This document shows, piece after piece, positions 53,638 to 62,152 of a stretch of 64,000 nt of DNA. Made by a program: the position numbers and the translations under genes. How positions within the stretch are numbered: the stretch's first letter is position 1; every line of letters starts with the position of its first letter. The notes beneath the pieces were generated by a model. That model was not told where the DNA came from, searched no databases, and saw only the letters and a list, made by a program, of their open reading frames with translations. The stretch covers positions 30,561-94,560 of the forward strand of contig CACBLW010000005.1 in assembly GCA_902540265.1 (NCBI GenBank). The letters are read 5' to 3'. Source of the DNA: an uncultured Alphaproteobacteria bacterium. GTDB lineage: Bacteria > Pseudomonadota > Alphaproteobacteria > HIMB59 > GCA-002718135.

Positions 53638-54102
53638 CTAAAAATATTTTGAATTAAAATATACAAGTGGTTTCAATTTGTCGTTAGATTGTAATTCCAA
53701 TATCTTGCAAATAAATATTATGTGATCACCTTTTTTGATTTTTTCTATTAGCTCACATTCAAGATTTGCTATACAATTTGGTATAATTACTGTTTTATTT
53801 TTCCGTTCAATAAATTTTATATTTTCTAAATTAGGTTCAGTTAAAGCAAAATTGTCAGATAATTTTTTTTGTTTACTAGATAGAATATTTATTGATAAAA
53901 ATTTAGTTTTTGAAAACTTCTTTATTGAGGATGAGTAGTTACCTAAAGAAAACAGAACCATAGGAGGGTTAAGAGATAAAGAGTTAAATGAGTTAACAGT
54001 TTTCCCATAAATTGAATTATTATTTTTAACACATACAACAGTAATTCCTGTTGAAAACTTACTAAGTGTTTTTTTAAAATTATTAGTGTTTACTTTTTTC
54101 AT
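53638..54102 (-). CDS. Flavin reductase family protein (HpaC/RutF-like)
   Basis: FSTGITVV, TVNSFNSLSLNPP, GDH.IF, PLVY. Confidence 0.92.
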   Translation of the reverse strand: MKKVNTNNFKKTLSKFSTGITVVCVKNNNSIYGKTVNSFNSLSLNPPMVLFSLGNYSSSIKKFSKTKFLSINILSSKQKKLSDNFALTEPNLENIKFIERKNKTVIIPNCIANLECELIEKIKKGDHIIFICKILELQSNDKLKPLVYFNSKYF

Positions 54103-54599
54103 AACCTTTTTTGCATATAAATAGAATCAATCCACTTATTTTTTTTAAAACCAGCTTTCTTTATAGTTCCAATATATTGAAATCCATTATTTTTATGTAT
54201 TTTTATAGAAGCAAAATTATTCTTTCCACCAATCACTGCTATCAAATTTTTAATCTTTGAAATTTTTTTACATATTTTAACAAGTTCTTTTAGTATTTTA
54301 TTACCATAACCATTATTAATTAAATCTGGATCAACATAGATTGAATGTTCATATGAAAATCTATATCCACTTTTTTCTCTAAATTTGTTTACAAAGGCTA
54401 ATCCAATAACTTCATTTTCTTCAATTGCTAAAATAAATGGTAATTTATTTTTTTTAATTTTTTTAAATAATAAATTAAATTTTAATTTAGATAATTTTTT
54501 TTCTTCAAAATTAGAGAATGAATTTTCAATAAAATAATTATAAATTTTTAGAGCTTTAGAGATTTCATTTTCTGTAAAATTGTTTTTTTTTACCCTCAT
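54099..54599 (-). CDS. GNAT N-acetyltransferase (phosphinothricin/methionine-sulfoximine type)
   Basis: IYNY.I.NS...FE, FR...GYRF..EHSIYV, N.ASI..H...GF, GFK..KWID; AGGAG RBS. Confidence 0.88.
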   Translation of the reverse strand: MRVKKNNFTENEISKALKIYNYFIENSFSNFEEKKLSKLKFNLLFKKIKKNKLPFILAIEENEVIGLAFVNKFREKSGYRFSYEHSIYVDPDLINNGYGNKILKELVKICKKISKIKNLIAVIGGKNNFASIKIHKNNGFQYIGTIKKAGFKKNKWIDSIYMQKRL

Positions 54600-54821
54600 T
54601 TATCTCCTAATATTAATATTCAATTGTATGAATAATTCTAAACTCTGAATATTATTTAATAAAAAATTGATCAATATGTTTATAATTTATTTACTTAATT
54701 AATGATTAAAAAAGGTTAAATTAAGTATAATTTAAAAATCTCATACTATCTTTCAATTATTGCTTTACCTTTAAAAGTCATTATATTTCAAATACTATAT
54801 TTTTATAAAATAATACTTATT

Positions 54822-54896
54822 GGGTGTGTAGCTCAGCGGTAGAGCACTGCCTCGACACGGCAGGGGTCACAGGTTCAATCCCTGTCACACCCACCA
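54822..54896 (+). tRNA. tRNA-Val(GAC)
   Basis: Full cloverleaf: acceptor GGGTGTG/CACACCC, D stem GCTC/GAGC, anticodon stem CTGCC/GGCAG with loop TC-GAC-AC, T arm ACAGG-TTCAATC-CCTGT, discriminator A and encoded CCA. Confidence 0.96.
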
Positions 54897-54950
54897 TAGA
54901 AATCTTAATAAATATTCTTGAAATTTAATAATATGATATATTTAAGTAAT

Positions 54951-55370
54951 ATGATTAAATGCTTTCTTGTTGCTACTCTTTTAGCCTCAATAATCTTTTT
55001 GATTATTGATGTAATATGGCTTAGTTTCGCAACAAAATCCTTTTATAGACCTTTACTCGGTGATTTGATTATTGGGCCTGCTGATAAACCCGTTCTTTGG
55101 GCAGCCGCTCTTTTTTACATATTATACGTATTTGGGATGGCGTTAGTAGTCATTCAGCCATGTATGGACTCTGAAAGTATATTTAAAACAGTTTATACGG
55201 GTTTTATATTTGGCTTAGTCGCATACGGAACGTATAACTTGACAAATATGGCTGTTGTAAAAGGTTGGTCACCAACTGTCACTTTTGTGGACATGTTTTG
55301 GGGAGGCTCACTAACAGCTCTTTCAGCTACAACAGGTCTATATATTGCAAAAAAAATTGTTCATTATTAA
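54951..55370 (+). CDS. DUF2177 family membrane protein
   Basis: ID.IWL, AA..FY..Y..G, G...GLVAYGTYNLTNMA..KGW......DM.WG. Likely start is 54951. Confidence 0.9.
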   Translation: MIKCFLVATLLASIIFLIIDVIWLSFATKSFYRPLLGDLIIGPADKPVLWAAALFYILYVFGMALVVIQPCMDSESIFKTVYTGFIFGLVAYGTYNLTNMAVVKGWSPTVTFVDMFWGGSLTALSATTGLYIAKKIVHY

Positions 55371-56257
55371 AGAATTCTTTTCATTCCAAATTCAAGCAAT
55401 TTTATAAGTATTGGATTTTGGTTTAGTTTCTTTCTATGTTTTTTTGTAAAATTATTAATCTCATTCTTACAAAAATCAGAAACTTGTTTTTCACCAATCA
55501 ATTCTAGCAAAGTACTTTTACCTTGCGCAATATCTTTACCTGGTGTTTTTCCAATTTTCTTAAAAGTTCCAATTTCATCGATTAAGTCATCTATAATTTG
55601 AAATATTAAACCAAATAACATTCCATAATCTTTTGCAAATTGAATTTCTATTTTACTTTTATCTTTTAATATAAAAGGTGCAGAAAAAGAGAATTCAAAT
55701 AACTTGCCAGTTTTTCTAGAATACATATCTAAAATTTTATTTTTAGATAATTTTTTATTTTCATATTCTAAATCTAAAGCTTGACCAAGAGCTAATCCTT
55801 TATGTCCAATACACAAAGAAAGATAATTTATTAAATTTAATCTAGAAATAACATTTTTATTTTTAAAATTACCTGAGATCAATTCAAATGCTAAATCATG
55901 TAAAGCATCACCAGCTAATATTGCAGTAGCTTCATTAAATTTTTTATGAGTACTTAATTTACCTCTTCTGTAATCATCATCATCCATTGATGGTAAATCA
56001 TCGTGAATTAAAGAGTAAGAATGTATACATTCAATACATGAAGCTATTATAAAGGCATCATTTGATGAAATTTTTGCTATTTTTGCAGATTCCATTACTA
56101 AAAATGGCCTTATTCTTTTTCCTCCATTCATAGAGCCATAAAAGATTGCATTTGATAAACTTGATTTGTCTAGCTTGTTTTTTAAAAGTTTTTTAAATTT
56201 AATATCAAACTTTCTTTTATTTGCATTTATTAACGTATTTAAGTTCATAGATAACAA
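55367..56257 (-). CDS. ispA: Farnesyl diphosphate synthase / polyprenyl synthetase
   Basis: GGKRIRP, HDDLPSMDDDDYRRG, GQALD, KTG, FQIIDD. Confidence 0.93.
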   Translation of the reverse strand: MLSMNLNTLINANKRKFDIKFKKLLKNKLDKSSLSNAIFYGSMNGGKRIRPFLVMESAKIAKISSNDAFIIASCIECIHSYSLIHDDLPSMDDDDYRRGKLSTHKKFNEATAILAGDALHDLAFELISGNFKNKNVISRLNLINYLSLCIGHKGLALGQALDLEYENKKLSKNKILDMYSRKTGKLFEFSFSAPFILKDKSKIEIQFAKDYGMLFGLIFQIIDDLIDEIGTFKKIGKTPGKDIAQGKSTLLELIGEKQVSDFCKNEINNFTKKHRKKLNQNPILIKLLEFGMKRIL

Positions 56258-56310
56258 TTTATATTTGTTTTAATTTTTAAATTATTTAATACAAATATGC
56301 GAATGTATTT

Positions 56311-57348
56311 ATGAGAATAGAAGAAGAAATTAAACTTGACTACTCAGATGTCCTTTTTAGACCAAAGAGAAGTACTTTAAAAAGTAGGAAAGATGTTGAT
56401 TTGAATAGAAAATATACCTTCAAACATTCAAGATCATCGTGGAAAGGAATTCCAATAATTGCTTCTAATATGGATGGTGTTGGTGAAATAGATGTTGCAA
56501 AAAAACTAACTTCTCACAAACTAATGACCGCCCTAACAAAACAGCATGACATTAATCAAATAGGAACTATTTATAAAAAAAATATTTTCTTTGATTCAAT
56601 TGCTCTTAGTTGCGGTACAAGTAAAGACAGTTACAATAGGTTAAATTCAATTTTAAAAAAATATCCAAAATTTAAATTTATATGTATTGATGTTGCAAAT
56701 GGTTATTCAGAAAATTTTAGTAATTTTGTTTCAGAAGTAAGAAAAAAATATCCAAAAAAAACTATTATTGCAGGTAATGTTGTTACTGCAGATATGACTC
56801 AAGAATTAGTATTAAGTGGGGCGGATATCGTTAAAGTTGGTATCGGTCCTGGAAGTGTATGTACCACTAGAATACAAACAGGAGTAGGGTATCCGCAACT
56901 TAGCGCTGTAATGGAATGTGCTGACGCAGCACATGGATTAGGAGCGCATATTATAGCTGATGGAGGATGTACTTGTCCTGGTGATGTTGCAAAAGGATTT
57001 GGTGCTGGTGCAGACTTTGTTATGCTTGGCGGAATGTTAGCAGGTCATAAGGAAGGTGGTGGTGATATAATTCAGGAAAATGGAACTAAATTTATAGAGT
57101 TTTATGGATCAAGTTCTGAAGAAGCAAATGAGAAACATTATGGTGGTCTTGCAAACTATAGATCATCTGAAGGTAAAAAAGTTAAAATACAAATGAAGAA
57201 TTCGCTAGATAGTACAATTAGAGATATTCTTGGAGGTGTAAGAAGTAGTTGTACATACGTTGGCGCTTCATCATTGAAGCAGCTTAGTAAATGTACTACA
57301 TTTGTAAGAGTAAAAAATCAGTATAATGACACTTTTGGGAAAGTGTAG
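56311..57348 (+). CDS. guaC: GMP reductase
   Basis: [54 protein letters not shown]. Confidence 0.96.
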   Translation: MRIEEEIKLDYSDVLFRPKRSTLKSRKDVDLNRKYTFKHSRSSWKGIPIIASNMDGVGEIDVAKKLTSHKLMTALTKQHDINQIGTIYKKNIFFDSIALSCGTSKDSYNRLNSILKKYPKFKFICIDVANGYSENFSNFVSEVRKKYPKKTIIAGNVVTADMTQELVLSGADIVKVGIGPGSVCTTRIQTGVGYPQLSAVMECADAAHGLGAHIIADGGCTCPGDVAKGFGAGADFVMLGGMLAGHKEGGGDIIQENGTKFIEFYGSSSEEANEKHYGGLANYRSSEGKKVKIQMKNSLDSTIRDILGGVRSSCTYVGASSLKQLSKCTTFVRVKNQYNDTFGKV

Positions 57349-57349
57349 T

Positions 57350-58936
57350 TTAGTAACCTATTGCCATACCATCCTTTCGTGGATCTGACCCGCCAATAAG
57401 CACTCCATTTTTTCTATCTATTTTTATACATTGACCACCGCCAATAGCATTTTTATTTATTTTAATTTTATGACCAATATTCTTTAATTTTTTTACAATT
57501 TTATCATCTAATGAATTCTCAACATTTAAGAGACCGTTTAGAGCAAATGTTCTAGGCAAATCCAACCCTTCTTGTACTGTCATGTTATAGTCGATTATAT
57601 TTTGAATCAAATGAGACTGACCAATTGGTTGATATTGTCCTCCCATAACACCATAAGAATACAGCGTCTCATCATTCTTATTAGTCATTAGACCAGGGAT
57701 TATTGTATGAAGTGGTCTTTTATGACTATCAATTGAGTTGGGGTGACCTTCTTCTAATCTGAAATTTACACCTCTATTTTGAAAAAGAATTCCTGATTTA
57801 TTACTTGTAATTCCACTTCCAAAACCATGACATATCGAATTAATAAATGACACTGAATTCAAATCTCTATCTACAACACTTAAATATATTGTTTCAGGGT
57901 GAGAAGTTACATAGCCTTTTTTTGAAGAATAAATTTTATTTTTATTTATTTTAGAACATAAAGAGCTTATATATTCATTACTTAAATAATCTTTTATTTT
58001 TATATTATTAAAATTAGGATCACCAAATATTGTTTCCTTAACCTCAAAACATATTTTTGAAATTTCAGCTTGAAGATGATATCTTTCAAAACTTGAAGGA
58101 TGGTATTTTTTGATATTTAATTTCTCAATCATTGCCATCATCATCAAAACAACTAATCCAGGACTATTTAAGGGGCATTGATGTATTTTAAAATTTCGAT
58201 ATGAATTTGATATTGTTTTTGAAAATAGCGTTTCTTGATTATAGAAATCTTCTTCTGTATGCAATCCACCTAGTTTATTTAGTGTCTTAACCATGTCATT
58301 AGTTATTTCACTTTGATAAAATCCTTTAATCTTATTTTTTGATATGACTTTTAAAGTATTTGCTAAAGGAATATTCTTAAAAACTTCACCATAACTATAA
58401 CTTAGATTTTGATTTAAAAATAATCTTTTTGAATTAGGATTTTTTTTAAGTTTTTTTTCATTCTCTTTCCATGCAATAGCTTCTACTTCATGAACAGGAA
58501 ATCCTCTTCTAGCAAAATTTTCTGCTCCAGATAAAACTTCTTTAAAATCAATCCTTCCAAATTTTTCATGCATAGAACACCATGCATGAACTGCTCCAGG
58601 AATAGTAACTGAATGTGGACTTGTTAAACCAATATTTTTTATTTTATTATCTTTATAAAACTGTAAATTTGCTTTTTTTGGCGCGATTCCAGACCCATTT
58701 ACAGCAATTGGTTTTTTACCATTCATCGAAATAATTGCAAAGCAATCTCCACCAATTCCTGTTGCACTAGGACATACTACAGCTTGAACTGCTGAAGCCG
58801 CGATAGCAGCATCAACAGCATTTCCACCTTTTTGAAGTACATTAATTGCTACCATTGAGCTTAATGGATTTGATGTTGCAACCATGCCATTTTGAGCTAA
58901 AATATTAGATCTTCCAGGATAAGATAATTTTCTCAT
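57350..58936 (-). CDS. Gamma-glutamyltransferase family protein
   Basis: [16 protein letters not shown], nucleophile Thr in [31 protein letters not shown]. Confidence 0.92.
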   Translation of the reverse strand: MRKLSYPGRSNILAQNGMVATSNPLSSMVAINVLQKGGNAVDAAIAASAVQAVVCPSATGIGGDCFAIISMNGKKPIAVNGSGIAPKKANLQFYKDNKIKNIGLTSPHSVTIPGAVHAWCSMHEKFGRIDFKEVLSGAENFARRGFPVHEVEAIAWKENEKKLKKNPNSKRLFLNQNLSYSYGEVFKNIPLANTLKVISKNKIKGFYQSEITNDMVKTLNKLGGLHTEEDFYNQETLFSKTISNSYRNFKIHQCPLNSPGLVVLMMMAMIEKLNIKKYHPSSFERYHLQAEISKICFEVKETIFGDPNFNNIKIKDYLSNEYISSLCSKINKNKIYSSKKGYVTSHPETIYLSVVDRDLNSVSFINSICHGFGSGITSNKSGILFQNRGVNFRLEEGHPNSIDSHKRPLHTIIPGLMTNKNDETLYSYGVMGGQYQPIGQSHLIQNIIDYNMTVQEGLDLPRTFALNGLLNVENSLDDKIVKKLKNIGHKIKINKNAIGGGQCIKIDRKNGVLIGGSDPRKDGMAIGY

Positions 58937-58957
58937 ATTAATTCAGACAATATATGT

Positions 58958-58986
58958 TTGACAAAACAAATCCCAGAATTTAAAGC
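58958..58986 (+). promoter_or_regulatory. Putative sigma70 promoter of rpmJ (leaderless)
   Basis: TTGACA (58958-63), 17-bp spacer, TAAAGC (58981-86), then 7 nt to ATG at 58994. Confidence 0.6.
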
Positions 58987-58993
58987 GCTTTCT

Positions 58994-59119
58994 ATGAAAG
59001 TAAAATGTTCATTAAAAACTGCTAAAACTAGGGATAAGGATTGTAAAATTGTTCGTAGAAAAGGCAGGATTTATGTAATTAATAAAAAAAATCCAAGAAT
59101 GAAAGCAAGACAGGGTTAA
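58994..59119 (+). CDS. rpmJ: 50S ribosomal protein L36, type B
   Basis: Manual translation [41 protein letters not shown]. Not in the ORF track. Confidence 0.96.
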   Translation: MKVKCSLKTAKTRDKDCKIVRRKGRIYVINKKNPRMKARQG

Positions 59120-60061
59120 TTAACTCTCCGCTATATATTTTTCAGCCTCTAAAGCAGCCATACAACCCATACCAGCAGCAGTAACAGCCTGTCTGTAAAT
59201 TTTATCTTTTACATCTCCTGCAGCAAAAACTCCCTTTATACTTGTCTCAGTACTATCAGGTTTAGTAATTATATAATTCTCTTCATCCATTTTTAACTTA
59301 TCAATAAAAAGTGAAGTAGCAGGATCATGTCCTATAGCTATAAAAGCACCATTTACATCTATAGTTGTTTTGGTGCTATCTAATGTGTTCTCTAAAACAA
59401 TTTTTTTTAATGTATTTGGATTTTCTTCTCCAACGAACTCAGAAACCTTACTATTCCAAATTACTTCAATTTTTTTATTGTTAAACAATCTTTCTTGTAA
59501 AATTTTTTCAGCTCGTAAACTATCTCTTCTATGGATTAACAAAACCTTTGAAGCAAATTTTGTCAAAAACATTGCTTCTTCTACTGCACTATTACCTCCA
59601 CCAATCACTGCTACTTGCTGATCTTTGAAGAAAAACCCATCACAAGTTGCACAAGCAGAAATACCAAATCCTTTAAATTTTTTTTCACTTTCCAAGTTCA
59701 GCCATCTAGCCTGAGCGCCTGTTGCAATAATTATCGATTTGGACACAAATTCTTTGCCTGACTCAGTTTTGGAAGTAAATGGATTGTTTTCAAAATCAAC
59801 TGAAGTTACAATATCATTATGAAAGATAGTTCCTACTTTTACTGCTTGTTCTTTCATTTGTTCCATAAGCCAAGGACCCTGAATTACATTTTCAAATCCT
59901 GGATAGTTTTCTACATCCGTAGTGATGGTTAGCTGACCTCCTGGTTCTAAACCTGAAACTAAATGCGGTTTTAAATTTGCTCTTGCTGCATAGATTGCAG
60001 CAGTATAGCCTGCTGGTCCAGAGCCTATAATTAAGACATCATTTTCTATTTTTTCAGTCAT
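59120..60061 (-). CDS. trxB: Thioredoxin-disulfide reductase
   Basis: GSGPAG, GGQL, CATC, GGGNSA, YRQAVTAAG.GC. Confidence 0.98.
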   Translation of the reverse strand: MTEKIENDVLIIGSGPAGYTAAIYAARANLKPHLVSGLEPGGQLTITTDVENYPGFENVIQGPWLMEQMKEQAVKVGTIFHNDIVTSVDFENNPFTSKTESGKEFVSKSIIIATGAQARWLNLESEKKFKGFGISACATCDGFFFKDQQVAVIGGGNSAVEEAMFLTKFASKVLLIHRRDSLRAEKILQERLFNNKKIEVIWNSKVSEFVGEENPNTLKKIVLENTLDSTKTTIDVNGAFIAIGHDPATSLFIDKLKMDEENYIITKPDSTETSIKGVFAAGDVKDKIYRQAVTAAGMGCMAALEAEKYIAES

Positions 60062-60078
60062 ATAATAAAATTAATAAT

Positions 60079-60699
60079 TTAAGCACTTTTTTCAACTGGC
60101 CAATCTGTATTAAAAGTAACATAATTTATTTGAATACATCTTCTTTCTTTTTGAATTTCTTTTAATTCAAGTCCATGCCAAGTATCATCCCCTGAAGAAA
60201 AAAAATAACCACTATTATGAACATATTTAATTGTTTTAACTAATTTAAAATTTTTATCATATAGGTCAGTACCCAAATTTGACGCTTCATTATATGGGTT
60301 CGCCCAAACCATCATCGTCATTAATTTTTCTGAAATATCTTTGTGTGGTTTTAACCAAAATCCTTTTTTATCTCCAATTACTTCTAATCTTACGTATGAA
60401 TTTGATAAATCTTTATGAATTATTTTCGATATTTTATTTACCATTTCTTTGCTTTGTAAAGACTGAATTAATTTTGTTAGAAATGGAAAATTTTGATAAT
60501 TATTTTTTGTTATAAAAAGTCTTAATTTACCATCAACTCCCTGTCCTGTATGATCGGCAGCTCTTGTTCCATCGTACATTCTGTCTCCTGACGGAATATT
60601 ACTATAGGAAATTTCATCTAATGCCCCTTCTTCTAAACAATTACTAAATACCCAGTGATTAAAGGGAAAATCTGCATGAGTTAAGTTCTCAAGATTCAT
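60079..60699 (-). CDS. 2OG-Fe(II) oxygenase superfamily protein
   Basis: HxD (PHKD), distal His (TWHG), 2OG-binding Arg (RRCIQINY). Confidence 0.85.
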   Translation of the reverse strand: MNLENLTHADFPFNHWVFSNCLEEGALDEISYSNIPSGDRMYDGTRAADHTGQGVDGKLRLFITKNNYQNFPFLTKLIQSLQSKEMVNKISKIIHKDLSNSYVRLEVIGDKKGFWLKPHKDISEKLMTMMVWANPYNEASNLGTDLYDKNFKLVKTIKYVHNSGYFFSSGDDTWHGLELKEIQKERRCIQINYVTFNTDWPVEKSA

Positions 60700-61642
60700 T
60701 TTTCCTTTCTATAATTCTTTTTTTTATAATTCCAGCAATTCTTTTGCTTTCCTCTAGTTTCATATATGTCCAATTTTCTAATTTATCTAAAGTATTAAAA
60801 TCTCTTGTTATATTCATTTTTTTAAATTCTTCATGGAATCTTATAAATCTTTTACTTTTTCTCTTCATTGGTAATTGATAAACATAAATTGGCTTACCAG
60901 ATATACTTGCTTCAGAAATCATAGAGGTTGAGTCAGAAGTAATAATAAAATAATTGGAATTATAAATAGCAAATTCGTATGGATTCTCTCCTTCTCCAAG
61001 CCATAATGTAGACATAGTGCTCAATTCTTTTTTCAAAATATGCATAATTTCTTTATTAGTTCTTCTCGAGGTAAGAACTAAAATTTCATTATTATGAGAC
61101 TTTAATTTTTTTATTCTTTTACAAAGATCTAAAGTATTTTCTTTTTTAAAATTATAGTGATTATTTTCACCTCCAATAATACATGTGATCAAATTTTTTG
61201 TATTGATTTTATAATGATTTTTCAAATTATAAAATCGTTTAAAAGGATGTATTGCACCGGAAGAATTAATTATATTGTCACCATATAAACCATCATGATT
61301 TGGAGCTATAATATAAGAAAAGTTTTTTGAAGAAATTTTTGGATTTTGAATATGAATATTAATAATATTTGGATATTTTTTTTTAAGATAGATTGATAGG
61401 TAAACACTTTTTCTTCCACAACTGATAACTAAATCAGGTATTTCATGTATTGGTAACTTATTTTTAAATGACCATCTAAAAATAGGAAGTATCCCAGGCT
61501 GTAATTTATTCCAAGGAAAAATTATTTCAGTTTTAATTTCCTTTATATTTACACTCAATTCATTTGCTAAACCTTTAGTCTGACTTATCATTCCTTGTGA
61601 ACCATCAGTTAATGACCAAATTTTAGGATTATCTATATTCAA
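60689..61642 (-). CDS. ELM1/GtrOC1 family putative glycosyltransferase
   Basis: DG..G..SQ..GLA, PDLVISCGR, IQNP, P.HD, IGG, TSRRT, NPY, TSDSTSMISEA..SGKP. Confidence 0.88.
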   Translation of the reverse strand: MNIDNPKIWSLTDGSQGMISQTKGLANELSVNIKEIKTEIIFPWNKLQPGILPIFRWSFKNKLPIHEIPDLVISCGRKSVYLSIYLKKKYPNIINIHIQNPKISSKNFSYIIAPNHDGLYGDNIINSSGAIHPFKRFYNLKNHYKINTKNLITCIIGGENNHYNFKKENTLDLCKRIKKLKSHNNEILVLTSRRTNKEIMHILKKELSTMSTLWLGEGENPYEFAIYNSNYFIITSDSTSMISEASISGKPIYVYQLPMKRKSKRFIRFHEEFKKMNITRDFNTLDKLENWTYMKLEESKRIAGIIKKRIIERKNES

Positions 61643-62112
61643 ATGTATTTTACTGATAATATTGTATAACTTTTTAAACCTTTGGGACTATTGATTTCAA
61701 CATTATCTTCTTCTGTTTTGCCAATTAGACCTCTTGCTAAAGGACTTGTAATAGAAAGTTTTTTATTTTCAATATCAGATTCGTATTCTCCAACAATTTG
61801 ATACTCTTGTTTTTCTCCACTTTCATCATCTTCTATTTCAACAGTTGCACCAAATTTTATATAATCACCTGCAACTGATTTTACATCTATTACCTCTGCT
61901 TTACTAATAGCGCTTTCCAAATCTATAATTCTTCCTTCAATTAAACTTTGTTGTTCTTTAGCATATTGATATTCTGCATTTTCAGACAGATCACCATGAC
62001 TTCTAGCCTCAGCTATTGCTTCAATTATTTTTGGTCTATCCTCAGATGTTAATTTTTTTAATTCATCTTGTAATTTTGTATAACCCTCAGTAGTCATAGG
62101 AATTTTATTCAT
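61639..62112 (-). CDS. greA: Transcription elongation factor GreA
   Basis: AR.HGDLSENAEY, FGATV, SPLARGLIGK. Confidence 0.98.
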   Translation of the reverse strand: MNKIPMTTEGYTKLQDELKKLTSEDRPKIIEAIAEARSHGDLSENAEYQYAKEQQSLIEGRIIDLESAISKAEVIDVKSVAGDYIKFGATVEIEDDESGEKQEYQIVGEYESDIENKKLSITSPLARGLIGKTEEDNVEINSPKGLKSYTILSVKYI

Positions 62113-62118
62113 AAGATG

Positions 62119-62147
62119 ATGATGATTTATTTATTTTTTATAGTCAA
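62119..62147 (-). promoter_or_regulatory. Putative sigma70 promoter of greA (leaderless)
   Basis: TTGACT (62147-42), 17-bp spacer, CATCAT (62124-19), then 6 nt to ATG at 62112. Confidence 0.5.
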
Positions 62148-62152
62148 TAAAA

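Noticed and set aside
54822..55400. Possible tRNA-anchored genomic island or prophage
   Set aside because: No integrase and no duplicated tRNA 3' end; core genes (ispA, guaC) resume immediately.
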